IMG/VR virus record: IMGVR_UViG_3300025137_000014
Coordinates: 96,001 to 160,000 of that record
Origin: a virus
DNA: 64,000 nt
Strand: one strand, 5' to 3'
This document shows, in pieces, positions 19,792 through 29,658 of this stretch. Below the pieces are notes generated by a model. That model worked only from the letters and a program-made list of their open reading frames with translations. It searched no databases and was not told the DNA's origin. The position numbers and the translations under genes were made by a program. Position 1 is the first letter of the stretch; each line of letters begins with the position of its first letter.

Positions 19792-20435
19792 TGCCTGCAT
19801 GTAAAGGAGATACGTATTCGGTTCCACGCCCAGTTTGTCTAACAGAGGGTTGTGATAATTTAGCACATAATACTGCATCAGCGGCTAAGCCAGTTTGGCG
19901 CAAATACTGTGGTAAGTGTCATACGATACGTAGAAAGAATTTTCAAAATTTATCATCTAATTTAACTAAAAATCAATACCCTACTTGTTGTATAAACAAC
20001 TGTAGGAAAAAAGTAACACTATTGGGAACAGACCATGATGGCAATTTAAAGTTTTCTCAATACTGCGAAAGGCATGGAGGAGTCCCATATCATTTACAGT
20101 GGAGAAAACCTGCATGTGATAATATAAATGGTAAAGGATTGCTATCAGATAGAAGTCCTATTGGATTTGGTTGTACAACTTATATACATTATGATCCGCC
20201 CCTTCCTAAGGGAACAAAGTGGTTAGTAGATTATGGCTTCCCACAACCAATGTTACAAGTTGACCATATTGACGGTTGTCCATATAATGAACCAACGGAT
20301 GGGTCTAATTTTCAGACTTTATGTTCTTCTTGCCATGATTACAAATCTTGGAAATCTGGTGATGGGCAAACACCAGGACGAAAAACCCTAAGAAAACAAG
20401 AGGAAATTAATGTTGTCCAAAACTTGACAATATAG
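19791..20435 (+). CDS. HNH endonuclease with Cys-rich N-terminal region
   Basis: LQVDHIDG..N..DGSNFQTLCSSCH; several Cys clusters upstream. Confidence 0.8.
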   Translation: MPACKGDTYSVPRPVCLTEGCDNLAHNTASAAKPVWRKYCGKCHTIRRKNFQNLSSNLTKNQYPTCCINNCRKKVTLLGTDHDGNLKFSQYCERHGGVPYHLQWRKPACDNINGKGLLSDRSPIGFGCTTYIHYDPPLPKGTKWLVDYGFPQPMLQVDHIDGCPYNEPTDGSNFQTLCSSCHDYKSWKSGDGQTPGRKTLRKQEEINVVQNLTI

Positions 20436-20462
20436 CGAATCGTGTTATAGTATATACATAAT
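20419..20462 (+). promoter_or_regulatory. early promoter, copy 2 of a 44-bp repeat
   Basis: TTGACA-16-TATAGT; 41 of 44 nt identical to 18909-18952. Confidence 0.85.
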
Positions 20463-20490
20463 GAAGATTAACACACAAAGGAGTGAAAAT

Positions 20491-21498
20491 ATGAGTGAGA
20501 CCATAGTAGCACAAATCGAAAAAGGCACATACAGAAATCAGCCCGTTGAAGGTGCGTTTCCTGTAGTACAAGAACTTAAACAAGCTAAAGACGGTAGTTG
20601 GTTTATTACTGTTAATGCTGAGGACACTAAGTTTAAAAGTTCTAAAATTAGAGTTAAGGTAGACCCAGAAAACGTTCAAGTTTCTGAAGGTACTGTCGAA
20701 TCAATTAACGAGTCTGATGAAGACGCAATGAATAGGATTGCAGAAAGGTTTGCAATTCTTGATGAAATGACCGAGGCAACAATCGATGGTGTTGTTAGAG
20801 GTATGGTAGTTTCAGGCCCTCCGGGTGTTGGTAAAACATTTGGTGTTGAGCAAGTACTTGAAAAAGATTCAATCTTTGATATGATGGCTGATAAGCCGTT
20901 AAGACATACTTTTGTAAAAGGTACAATGTCTGCAATTGGTCTTTACTCTACACTTTACAAATACTCAGATCCAAAGAGTATCGTAGTACTAGACGATTGT
21001 GATAGTATTCTTTTTAATGAGGATGCATTAAACATTCTTAAGGCCGCTCTTGATAGTGGTAAGAGGAGAAAGATTTCTTGGAACTCTGACTCACATTTCT
21101 TAAGAAGGGAAGGTGTTCCTGATACTTTTGAATTCAAAGGTTCAGTTATTTTTATTACTAACTTGAAATTTGATAAAGTTAGAGGTAACAAAATCAAAGA
21201 CCACTTGGAAGCAATTCTTTCAAGGTGTCACTATCTTGATTTGACTATGGATACTGCAAGAGATAAAATCTTGAGAATTAAACAGATTGCTAGGGATGGT
21301 GGTTTGTTTGATACTAAAGGTTTGAGCAAGGAGCAAGAAGTTGAAATTATTGACTTCATGGTTGATAATCAAAAGAAACTGAGAGAAGTTTCATTGAGAA
21401 TGGCTCAGAAAATTGCAGACCTTAGAAATATGTCTAAAGTTGGAGATAGATGGAAAGCATTAGCCGAGACTACTTGTATGAAGAGGTCAGCGGCTTAA
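20491..21498 (+). CDS. AAA+ ATPase
   Basis: GPPGVGKT Walker A, VVLDDCD Walker B, FITN sensor 1; start at 20491 after SD AGGAG. Confidence 0.8.
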   Translation: MSETIVAQIEKGTYRNQPVEGAFPVVQELKQAKDGSWFITVNAEDTKFKSSKIRVKVDPENVQVSEGTVESINESDEDAMNRIAERFAILDEMTEATIDGVVRGMVVSGPPGVGKTFGVEQVLEKDSIFDMMADKPLRHTFVKGTMSAIGLYSTLYKYSDPKSIVVLDDCDSILFNEDALNILKAALDSGKRRKISWNSDSHFLRREGVPDTFEFKGSVIFITNLKFDKVRGNKIKDHLEAILSRCHYLDLTMDTARDKILRIKQIARDGGLFDTKGLSKEQEVEIIDFMVDNQKKLREVSLRMAQKIADLRNMSKVGDRWKALAETTCMKRSAA

Positions 21499-21531
21499 CA
21501 GTTAACTAAGAGCCATCTTAGTTAAAACCGG

Positions 21532-21575
21532 GACGGTACTAGGTTTCTCTCACTCGCCTAGTATCGTCTTTTTTT
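21532..21575 (+). terminator. intrinsic terminator
   Basis: gacggtactagg/cctagtatcgtc stem plus T7; a second hairpin ttaactaag/cttagttaa lies at 21502-21525. Confidence 0.8.
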
Positions 21576-21585
21576 ATATCTTCTA

Positions 21586-21614
21586 TTGCATTTACTTTCA
21601 AAACATGTTATAAT
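21586..21614 (+). promoter_or_regulatory. sigma70-type promoter, leaderless arrangement
   Basis: TTGCAT-17-TATAAT with ATG 7 nt downstream. Confidence 0.75.
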
Positions 21615-21621
21615 CTAAAGC

Positions 21622-21963
21622 ATGAGTATAGAAGAAACAAAACAAAAGATAATAGAAAACCTTAAAGGTGTACATGACCCTGAAATGGATTGTGATGTAT
21701 ACAACTTGGGTTTAATATATGAGGTAAATGTAGGCGAAATGCCTGATACTAAAAAGTACTGTCATATTTTAATGTCTTTAACTAGTGCTTTTTGTCCAGC
21801 CGCAGATATGATAGTTAACGATGTAAAAGGTGCGGCATTGACAGTTGAAGATGTAGTAGATTGTCAAGTAGAAATCACATTTAACCCTGCTTGGACACCA
21901 GACCGATTAACAGAAGATGGACATGCATACTTAAATTATATGTATATAGATTATCAGGAATAG
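21622..21963 (+). CDS. Fe-S cluster assembly protein, SufT/DUF59 family
   Basis: LKGVHDPE..DVYNLGLIY, LTSAFCP, FNPAWTPDRLT. Confidence 0.85.
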   Translation: MSIEETKQKIIENLKGVHDPEMDCDVYNLGLIYEVNVGEMPDTKKYCHILMSLTSAFCPAADMIVNDVKGAALTVEDVVDCQVEITFNPAWTPDRLTEDGHAYLNYMYIDYQE

Positions 21964-21966
21964 TAA

Positions 21967-23412
21967 ATGAAAGAATGTATCATTAAAATTAAAGATGAAG
22001 TAAACATTAAGTTGGAAGGTTTGGATCCTGGTACACGTAGAAAGTGTGCAAATAAACTCAAATTCTTCTTACCACATGCTTATCATATGCCAGCTTATAA
22101 ACTTGGTCGTTGGGATGGCACAGTTAGATTTTGTGATGTTGGAGGTCGTACCTTTTTAAATTTACTTGATGATATCTTACCTGTCATTGTAGAAGAAGGG
22201 TATAACGTAAAGATTGATGATGATAGGAATACGCATAATTTAGAATTTACACAAGTTCAGGAAGATTTTTGGGGTGATGCAGTATGGCCAGCTGGACACG
22301 TACATGAGGGCCAAAAGATACGTTTAAGAGACTATCAGGTAGATATAGTCAATAAGTTCATAGAACACCCTCAATGCTTACAAGAGGTCGCCACAGGCGC
22401 AGGAAAGACGATAATAACTGCTACTTTATCTAGCTTAGTAGAACAATATGGTAGAAGTATTGTTATTGTTCCAAATAAGGATTTAGTTAGGCAGACATTT
22501 GAAGATTATGAAAACTGTGGATTAGATGTAGGTGTGTACTTTGGTGATAAAAAAGATATCGGAAAAACACACACAGTTTGTACTTGGCAAAGTTTAAATT
22601 CATTATTAAAAAGAAGTAAAGCCGGAGAGGCTAATATACAAGATTTTATTGAAGATGTAATCTGTGTTATGGTTGATGAAGTTCATCAGGCAAAAGCAGA
22701 TGTATTGAAAGAGTTACTTACTGGTGTTTTTGCTAATATCCCAATTCGTTGGGGACTAACAGGAACGATACCAAAAAGTGATTGGGAATCAGCTTCATTA
22801 AAAAGTTCTTTAGGAGAAGTTATTCATAAACTTGCGGCTAAAGAATTACAAGACCAAGGAGTACTCGCTAAATGTCATGTCAATATTGTACAAACGGCAG
22901 AAACGGCTGAGTATGGAGATTATCAGAGTGAACTAAAATTTTTATTAGAAGATAAAAAACGTATGCAGTATGTTGCAAATATGATTAGTGATATTTCTAA
23001 ATCAGGCAATACATTGGTTTTAACTGGTAGAATTAGTAACGGTAATATGTTACAAGAACTATTAGATGGTTCTGAATTCGTCCAAGGGTCAATGAAAGTA
23101 GTTGACAGAAAAGATGCATATGACGAAATTAATCAAGCAACAAATTCAATAACTATTGCGACTTACGGTGTCGCCGCAGTGGGAATTAACATTCCAAGAA
23201 TATTTAATCTGGTATTGCTTGAACCAGGAAAGAGTTTTGTACGTGTAATACAATCGATAGGAAGAGGTGTACGTATTGCAAGAGACAAGGACTTTGTTAA
23301 TGTTTGGGATGTGACTAGCAGATGTAAATTTAGTAGACGCCATTTAACAGAACGTAAAAAGTATTATAAGGATGCTCAATATCCTTTTACAATAGATAAG
23401 GTAAATTACTAA
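21967..23412 (+). CDS. uvsW: SF2 DNA helicase
   Basis: LRDYQ, ATGAGKT, DEVH, GLTGT, QSIGRGVR. Confidence 0.9.
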   Translation: MKECIIKIKDEVNIKLEGLDPGTRRKCANKLKFFLPHAYHMPAYKLGRWDGTVRFCDVGGRTFLNLLDDILPVIVEEGYNVKIDDDRNTHNLEFTQVQEDFWGDAVWPAGHVHEGQKIRLRDYQVDIVNKFIEHPQCLQEVATGAGKTIITATLSSLVEQYGRSIVIVPNKDLVRQTFEDYENCGLDVGVYFGDKKDIGKTHTVCTWQSLNSLLKRSKAGEANIQDFIEDVICVMVDEVHQAKADVLKELLTGVFANIPIRWGLTGTIPKSDWESASLKSSLGEVIHKLAAKELQDQGVLAKCHVNIVQTAETAEYGDYQSELKFLLEDKKRMQYVANMISDISKSGNTLVLTGRISNGNMLQELLDGSEFVQGSMKVVDRKDAYDEINQATNSITIATYGVAAVGINIPRIFNLVLLEPGKSFVRVIQSIGRGVRIARDKDFVNVWDVTSRCKFSRRHLTERKKYYKDAQYPFTIDKVNY

Positions 23413-23915
23413 TGAAAATTTTAACACCAGAAAACACATGTTACGAAATGAATAGTCTTCCAGAGAATGAAATTGAAGACATAAGATATTGCGTAATGGA
23501 TGTAACGGATAAGAATGAGCCAGACTTTTTCTTTATACCGTTAGTATTCATTGAAACATTTAACGCACCTAGTATTAATCTAAGTATAGGACCATACACG
23601 ATAGAAATGCCAATAGATTGGAATATTCTAATTGGTGATGCTGACATGGGTCAATTAGAATTCATTCCATTAACAAGTATTAACGAAAGACATTTTCAAA
23701 CTATCTTGACAAATCCTCTTGCAGGCTTTACAATGGGGTGGGAAGACATAAAAGTAAATAATGTATTTGCAGATGTAAAATGGTTTTTTCCAAAACTCAA
23801 ATATGGTCATATATTAGTTATACCATTAGAGCATGGACCAAAACCAAAGTGTGCATATTTCGTTAAAGACTTAAATAGAATACCAGACGTATTAAACAGT
23901 TATGACTTTTTTTAA
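23412..23915 (+). CDS. hypothetical protein
   Basis: 167 aa ORF coupled to uvsW. Confidence 0.7.
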   Translation: MKILTPENTCYEMNSLPENEIEDIRYCVMDVTDKNEPDFFFIPLVFIETFNAPSINLSIGPYTIEMPIDWNILIGDADMGQLEFIPLTSINERHFQTILTNPLAGFTMGWEDIKVNNVFADVKWFFPKLKYGHILVIPLEHGPKPKCAYFVKDLNRIPDVLNSYDFF

Positions 23916-23925
23916 GGAGTAAACA

Positions 23926-24408
23926 ATGGCAGAAAAAATACCATTAAAAGAAATTCTCGGTGCAATGGATCGCCGTGACTTTAATTGGTATTCGAATCTT
24001 GATGATGAGAAAAAGAAACAATTTTCAAGTTGGCTATTTCTCAGATATGCAAGTAGTGCCAAAGGCAAGGACAAGGAAGAAGTTCTATTAAACACAAACG
24101 AATTTGTAAACAAGTATTATAAAGATTTATATAAACATGAAGATTTGATGTGGAAGCTATTCTGCTTAACATCTACAGGTAAAAACCAGTTTCATGAATA
24201 TATAAAACCACCAAACTCACGTATCAAAACAGATACAATATCGCAGTTTATATCACAAACATATCCTCATATGAAAGGTGATGAAGTTGATTTGTTCAGA
24301 CAGTTAAATTCTGATGAAGATATCAAACAAATGGCAAGAGATACCGGAATGACTGATAAAGAGTTTGATGAAATTTTTGGTAAAACGAAAAAAAGGAAAA
24401 AGAAATGA
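23926..24408 (+). CDS. putative clamp loader small subunit (gp62-like)
   Basis: FSSWLFLRYASS..NEFVN..H..LMWKLF..NQFHEYIK pattern; remote resemblance. Confidence 0.45.
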   Translation: MAEKIPLKEILGAMDRRDFNWYSNLDDEKKKQFSSWLFLRYASSAKGKDKEEVLLNTNEFVNKYYKDLYKHEDLMWKLFCLTSTGKNQFHEYIKPPNSRIKTDTISQFISQTYPHMKGDEVDLFRQLNSDEDIKQMARDTGMTDKEFDEIFGKTKKRKKK

Positions 24409-24635
24409 CAAATGACGAACTAGTAACAACAATTAAAATACTCGTAAGTGAAATCGAGGTACAAAAATTAAGAATTCAACCACATGACACTGGTCACATA
24501 CATACTACTATCGGCGTATTAGAGGATAGAGTAGAAGAACTTTTAAATGAAGTTAAGACAGGTGTTAATATGTTTTCTTCATCTACCTATGTAGGTGTAG
24601 AAAATGGAAAATACGTAGGCGTTAAAGATGTTTAG
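24405..24635 (+). CDS. hypothetical protein
   Basis: 76 aa, ATGA overlap. Confidence 0.6.
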   Translation: MTNDELVTTIKILVSEIEVQKLRIQPHDTGHIHTTIGVLEDRVEELLNEVKTGVNMFSSSTYVGVENGKYVGVKDV

Positions 24636-24649
24636 TGGTTGAGATAAAC

Positions 24650-24726
24650 GGACCCGTAGTTCAGCTGGATAGAACGCTTGTCTACGAAACAAGAGGTCAG
24701 AGGTTCGAATCCTCTCGGGTCCGCCA
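24650..24726 (+). tRNA. tRNA-Arg(ACG)
   Basis: Acceptor GGACCCG/CGGGTCC, D arm, anticodon stem CTTGT/ACAAG with loop CTACGAA, GGTTCGAATCC T arm, encoded CCA. Confidence 0.95.
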
Positions 24727-24739
24727 GAAAGAGAAATTA

Positions 24740-25411
24740 ATGTTTGAATGTAAATTTTGCAATAAAAGTTTTAAAAGAGAAAAGACTCTTATTGCCCATA
24801 TGTGTGAACAAAAAAGAAGATTTACAAACAAAGATTCTAAATATGTAAGATTAGGTTTTCTTGCATATAATCGTTTTTATGAAATATCTCAAAGAGGAAC
24901 AAAGCAAAGGACATATGAAGACTTTTCTAAAAGTAACTATTATACTGCATTTACAAAGTTTGGTAAATATATTATAGAAGTAAATGCTATAGACCCAGAA
25001 AAGTTTATAGATTTTGTTATAACAGGTGGTATAAAGCTAGACAAATGGTGTTCTGATACTGTATATGAAACTTATATCAGAGAACTAAATAAGAAAGAGA
25101 CAGCCGAACGTGCAGTCGAAAGAGGCATCTTATTGATGCAACAATGGGGAATGGAAAATGATAGACCGTTTAATGTATTCTTTAGGGAGATTAGTAAGCC
25201 ACGTGCTATACATTGGATCAAATCCGGACGCATTAGCCCTTGGATTATTTTTAATTCTATGTCTGGTACTGAACTTTTAAATAGTTTCAATGACCATGAA
25301 TTGAATTTGATTAATGAGTATCTTGAACCTACGTTCTGGACAAGAAAGTTTGAAGTTAGAAACGATGATGTTAAATTTGTAAAAAACATTTTAGAAAAGG
25401 CAGGAATATAA
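24740..25411 (+). CDS. hypothetical protein with N-terminal zinc finger
   Basis: CKFC..FKREKTLIAHMC; start placed after the tRNA. Confidence 0.7.
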   Translation: MFECKFCNKSFKREKTLIAHMCEQKRRFTNKDSKYVRLGFLAYNRFYEISQRGTKQRTYEDFSKSNYYTAFTKFGKYIIEVNAIDPEKFIDFVITGGIKLDKWCSDTVYETYIRELNKKETAERAVERGILLMQQWGMENDRPFNVFFREISKPRAIHWIKSGRISPWIIFNSMSGTELLNSFNDHELNLINEYLEPTFWTRKFEVRNDDVKFVKNILEKAGI

Positions 25412-25611
25412 TGGCAACTAAGAAAGTATCAAAAGCTACGTCAAGAGTAGTAGAAATACAAGAAGACCCAAATACAAAGGAATGTTATTTTGTATTACCA
25501 CAAGATGTTATAAGAAGCCTAGGTTGGAGTGATGAAGATGAATTAGAATGGGTTGAAAATTCTGATAAAAGCTGGTCACTAAGAAAAGTAGATGATAAAA
25601 ATGACAAGTAA
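25411..25611 (+). CDS. AbrB/MazE-like DNA-binding protein
   Basis: YFVLPQDVIRSLGWSDEDELEW swapped-hairpin pattern. Confidence 0.65.
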   Translation: MATKKVSKATSRVVEIQEDPNTKECYFVLPQDVIRSLGWSDEDELEWVENSDKSWSLRKVDDKNDK

Positions 25612-26146
25612 AGAAAAAGAAAAATATATCTATGAAAGCCCAGACGGAGGTAAAACTGTGACTAGAAGAAAGTTTGGAAGTATGGAAAAAGAACTATTAG
25701 AAGAATATAATGAAATTCAGTCCTGGAAAAAAGATGAATTAGAAAAAGAACGAAAAGATGAAGATTTCGTAACACTAGATTTAGGTACTGCTAATTTAAC
25801 TACTATAACAACAACTAACAATACAACAGATACAATGGATGTATCAGGTAATTACACATATACAGCAGGCTCACTGTCACCGTCTAGTTTAACTTTAGGT
25901 GGAAGTGGATATACTTTTGAAGATGTAGATCCCGACATACAAGTTACGGTCAATGGCAAAGAAAGAAGTATGAGTAAAGTGATTGAACAGGTAGATGATA
26001 TCTCAAAAAGATTAAAAGTTTTAGAAAAGCCTGATGAAAAGACTTTAGAAAAATATAAAGTACTTGCAGATATATATGAGCAATATAAAGTTGCTGATGC
26101 ATTCTTAAACTCACCGGGTCCGGAGGACGAAGATGAAGAACATTAA
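25592..26146 (+). CDS. hypothetical protein
   Basis: YIYESPDGGKTVTRR; Thr-rich middle; alternative start at 25601. Confidence 0.65.
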   Translation: MIKMTSKEKEKYIYESPDGGKTVTRRKFGSMEKELLEEYNEIQSWKKDELEKERKDEDFVTLDLGTANLTTITTTNNTTDTMDVSGNYTYTAGSLSPSSLTLGGSGYTFEDVDPDIQVTVNGKERSMSKVIEQVDDISKRLKVLEKPDEKTLEKYKVLADIYEQYKVADAFLNSPGPEDEDEEH

Positions 26147-26633
26147 TTATGATTGGGCAAAAGTAGAAAAATCTGTTCAACACATTGCAATGCAAATGTA
26201 TGAAAGTGGATGGAGACCAGATTATATAGTTGGTATAACTAGAGGTGGATTAGTACCAGCAGTTATGCTATCTCATATGACTAACATTCCAATGCATACA
26301 CTCTCAATACAACTTGGCGCAGAAGGTCTTGAAGAAAACACGGAAAGCAACTGTTGGATGGCAGAAGATGCCTTTGGTTACAAAGATAAGCGAAAAAATA
26401 TATTAGTTATTGATGATATTAATCGTGGTGGCGATGCTCTTGCATGGCTTATGAATGATTGGAAAGCAGGTTGTTTACCCAATGATACGTTAAGTTGGGA
26501 AAGTATATGGCATAATAATGTAAAATTTGCATCACTTATTATGGATCCAAATTCTATTGTAGATACTGATTACTATTGTGAGGAACTATATTCAGAGGAT
26601 GAAAACTGGGTAACATTTCCGTGGGAAAAATGA
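26133..26633 (+). CDS. type I phosphoribosyltransferase (xanthine/guanine PRT-like)
   Basis: DYIVGITRGGLVPAVMLSH and ILVIDDIN PRPP-binding motif. Confidence 0.85.
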   Translation: MKNINYDWAKVEKSVQHIAMQMYESGWRPDYIVGITRGGLVPAVMLSHMTNIPMHTLSIQLGAEGLEENTESNCWMAEDAFGYKDKRKNILVIDDINRGGDALAWLMNDWKAGCLPNDTLSWESIWHNNVKFASLIMDPNSIVDTDYYCEELYSEDENWVTFPWEK

Positions 26634-27418
26634 AACACATTATTCCATTACAACTTGAACAAGAAACACATTTATTAGAATATTATGCTGGAACATATGG
26701 AGATTATGTTTCTGGTATTATATCTTATTCTATAGAAGATTTTTATGACAACTATTCTACTATGCCTGATGGTGATAGATATTGGGAAGTGGACGATGCT
26801 ATTGTAAGAAGAAATAGATATGCTTTAGGTCTTAGAGGCGGCGGCTACGAACATGTAGAGAATTATACGGACTTCATGTTGTCTCATAAAATATGGTTAG
26901 AATTTCAGCCTCACTATGATAATATGCAACCAAAAAAAGTATTGTTTAATACGCACCCAAGAATTGGATTTGCTGATGATGATACTATAATTTATAGAAC
27001 AATTACAAATAAATTTAAAAATACTAAAACAAAATTCTTAGCAATACCATTAGAGTTTAATGCTATATTTAAAGTTGCATGTAATGAATATTATACTAGT
27101 AGAATACATGACTCAGATATAGATTTAACAACATTTATCGGCATATTTAATTCCCATGTAGATAAACAAAAAGGTGCATTAAAGTACATACCAAAAGAAC
27201 AACTTTTTGTTATAGAGGATATAGATAATTTATCTGCAAAAGATATAGCATGTTACGGTGACGTAAATAGAGAAAAATTTGAAGAATACAAATCTAATTA
27301 TAATATAGAAAAAATGGATTTGTTAAATTATCACATGCAACGGCTTATGAAGTTTTGTGAGTTTACTAATCCAGAGATAACAAAAAAAATGAAAGACTAC
27401 GTTAATTCATCAATATAA
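26630..27418 (+). CDS. hypothetical protein
   Basis: ATGA overlap with the PRTase; convergent with ORF 27397-28419. Confidence 0.6.
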   Translation: MKHIIPLQLEQETHLLEYYAGTYGDYVSGIISYSIEDFYDNYSTMPDGDRYWEVDDAIVRRNRYALGLRGGGYEHVENYTDFMLSHKIWLEFQPHYDNMQPKKVLFNTHPRIGFADDDTIIYRTITNKFKNTKTKFLAIPLEFNAIFKVACNEYYTSRIHDSDIDLTTFIGIFNSHVDKQKGALKYIPKEQLFVIEDIDNLSAKDIACYGDVNREKFEEYKSNYNIEKMDLLNYHMQRLMKFCEFTNPEITKKMKDYVNSSI

Positions 27419-28419
27419 TTAGCAAGTATCTTTCTATCTACATACGGTCTTATATTGTGTGTTTGAAAATCTGAAATCTTATAGTCTATTTCTTGTATAT
27501 TTAAATTATCAAATTTAAACTGTTTAACATAATCAGAAAATCCAATATATTCATTATCGTACTTTCCATATAGATAATCTACTTTAATATGTGGATAAGC
27601 ACCTAAGTGTCTATATGGATCTAATATTTTATTCTCAATATCTAATTTTTTAAAACCCCAACATTTAATCATATGCATCATTGCTACGTTCATCATGTCT
27701 AGCTTTTGTTCTTCAAGGTGTGACGGTCTGTTAAACCATTTGAAATAAGATTTAATCCAAGGGGAATGATCCCAAGAATAAGTTGATTGTCCACCTGTAG
27801 TTAATACATTTGTTACGATATCACTTAGATGGAATGCTACACTTAATGCACTACCGGCATGTTTAGAATCTGCATATATTATTACATGTTTATATTTTTT
27901 CTTAATATATTCTCTTATCTGATTGCACATTTTTTCTTGTGTATCATTCTGTTTGCTTACACCTAATACCATTGCACTAGGGTATAAAGACTCAGGATAT
28001 CTTAATGGGTCTTCATTTACAATTAACAAATCAGTATCTAAGTTTACAATTTTTTCACTTACATTTGTTAGTGAACTTGTCAGTCTACCCTCATGCCCTG
28101 CATAACTTGTAAAGTGAATTATTAGTTTGTCAAAATCTTTATCTGTCTTTTTCCAACACATAGTATAATCTTCACTGACATTTTCAAACTTATCAGTATC
28201 ATATTGATATACTATATCGGAATAAACATCCCAACTACCTGTTTTTGTTTTTTGTGTGTAAGTATCTACAACATCTTTTTTGTAGATTTTGGTGAAGATA
28301 TCGCTACTTTTTATATTGCGTAAGTCAACATACTTATTGTATACTAGCTTTTCATGTAAAAAGTATAAGTCAATTTCATCGTTTAAGTCTATATCTAAAT
28401 CGAGTAGTTTAATTTTCAT
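27397..28419 (-). CDS. putative alpha/beta hydrolase (thioesterase/acyltransferase-like)
   Basis: VIIYADSKHAGSAL degenerate nucleophile elbow, YLYGKYD, QTHN; TAATG overlap with ACP. Confidence 0.45.
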   Translation of the reverse strand: MKIKLLDLDIDLNDEIDLYFLHEKLVYNKYVDLRNIKSSDIFTKIYKKDVVDTYTQKTKTGSWDVYSDIVYQYDTDKFENVSEDYTMCWKKTDKDFDKLIIHFTSYAGHEGRLTSSLTNVSEKIVNLDTDLLIVNEDPLRYPESLYPSAMVLGVSKQNDTQEKMCNQIREYIKKKYKHVIIYADSKHAGSALSVAFHLSDIVTNVLTTGGQSTYSWDHSPWIKSYFKWFNRPSHLEEQKLDMMNVAMMHMIKCWGFKKLDIENKILDPYRHLGAYPHIKVDYLYGKYDNEYIGFSDYVKQFKFDNLNIQEIDYKISDFQTHNIRPYVDRKILANYIDELT

Positions 28420-28655
28420 TAATCGTACTCCGCTAGATACTCCACTAAATCTTTAACGTTTTTAATTTCGTCTAGTCTTTGGTTGTCTAATTCGATATCT
28501 AAATCATCTTCTAGTGAAACTAGAATTTCAATACTATCTAAAGAATCTACACCAATGTCTGTAAATGGTTTACCCGATTCAATAAATGCATCAGTTAGTT
28601 CAACCTCTGCCCTATCAAGTGTAATTGCCTTTAGTGCTTCTAATGTTCTACTCAT
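28419..28655 (-). CDS. acpP: acyl carrier protein
   Basis: 78 aa acidic protein, FTDIGVDSLDSIEILVSLEDDLDI phosphopantetheine motif; start moved to 28655. Confidence 0.9.
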   Translation of the reverse strand: MSRTLEALKAITLDRAEVELTDAFIESGKPFTDIGVDSLDSIEILVSLEDDLDIELDNQRLDEIKNVKDLVEYLAEYD

Positions 28656-28656
28656 T

Positions 28657-29595
28657 TTAATAGCCGCCTTCGTTCTCTTTTGTGTGTTCATAAAATGGTG
28701 CAAGTTTGAAGTTTTCTGTAATACGTCCTCTTCTTTTGCTACCTGGGTCTGGAATACCACCATCATTGTCAGTATCCCAATTAGTTATTTTTACCCATCT
28801 TCCTCTATTTAGAAGTTTGTTTCCTTCCTTCAGTGGGAATAGAATAGTGTTCTTTTCATTAAACTTATTGTAGTAAGGTACACCGTGAAAGCTCCAAATA
28901 TAGTCCTCTGAGACATTAAACTGGTCTGCACATAGTTTCACTAGTCCTTGTAGTTTAATGTTACCGTCTGTGTCTTTCTGATATCTACCTAGTTGGCCAA
29001 CGTTTTTAATTCTCATCATTACGTTGTTTATTTTTTCTTTTTCTATAAGTTCTTTTAGTCTTGCTGGTGCTTCATAGTTAATCTCTGGAATAATAATAGT
29101 ACCAGTATTTAAATTCATTTTTCTATCTACAATATTACGAAGTGCTTTTAGTTTTTTCTTTGAACAACGCATTTCGTCTATTTGTTCATACCAATCATCG
29201 TTGTCTACGCCATTCATACTTAAAGTTACACTACGTAAGCCTGCTTCAATTAAAGTATTTAAATATTTGGCATGTGACAATCTTAAACCATTTGTTACTA
29301 AAGTACAACTATGTTTTCTTCCGTTGGTACGTCCACGCTCATAGACTGCACGAATAAAATTTGCACAGTTAGGAGACATTGTAGGCTCTGCACCAATAAT
29401 ACGGACAAATGCACGACCACCAAGCCTATCCATGAAATCTTTGAATTTATCTAAATCCATATCAGGTGGTTCTCTGTTAGGTATATAACAGTTTTTACAG
29501 GTCATATTGCATTTATGTGTAATATCTGCACATATGTCTACAAACGTATTATCTTCTGGTTCTGAAATATCATAATTAAAGAGTTTATGAAGCAT
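28657..29595 (-). CDS. radical SAM protein
   Basis: CNMTCKNC (CxxxCxxC), GAEPT, TNGLRL, LSMNG; start at MLHKLF. Confidence 0.9.
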   Translation of the reverse strand: MLHKLFNYDISEPEDNTFVDICADITHKCNMTCKNCYIPNREPPDMDLDKFKDFMDRLGGRAFVRIIGAEPTMSPNCANFIRAVYERGRTNGRKHSCTLVTNGLRLSHAKYLNTLIEAGLRSVTLSMNGVDNDDWYEQIDEMRCSKKKLKALRNIVDRKMNLNTGTIIIPEINYEAPARLKELIEKEKINNVMMRIKNVGQLGRYQKDTDGNIKLQGLVKLCADQFNVSEDYIWSFHGVPYYNKFNEKNTILFPLKEGNKLLNRGRWVKITNWDTDNDGGIPDPGSKRRGRITENFKLAPFYEHTKENEGGY

Positions 29596-29658
29596 ATAGT
29601 TTTGTACCTTAATAAATATGTTTATGTACATCTATTTATCGTCTCAGGAAACACAACA

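Noticed and set aside
24635-24739. N-terminal extension of ORF 24635-25411 from a GTG start
   Set aside because: The extension is the tRNA-Arg sequence read in frame; the zinc-finger protein more plausibly starts at ATG 24740.
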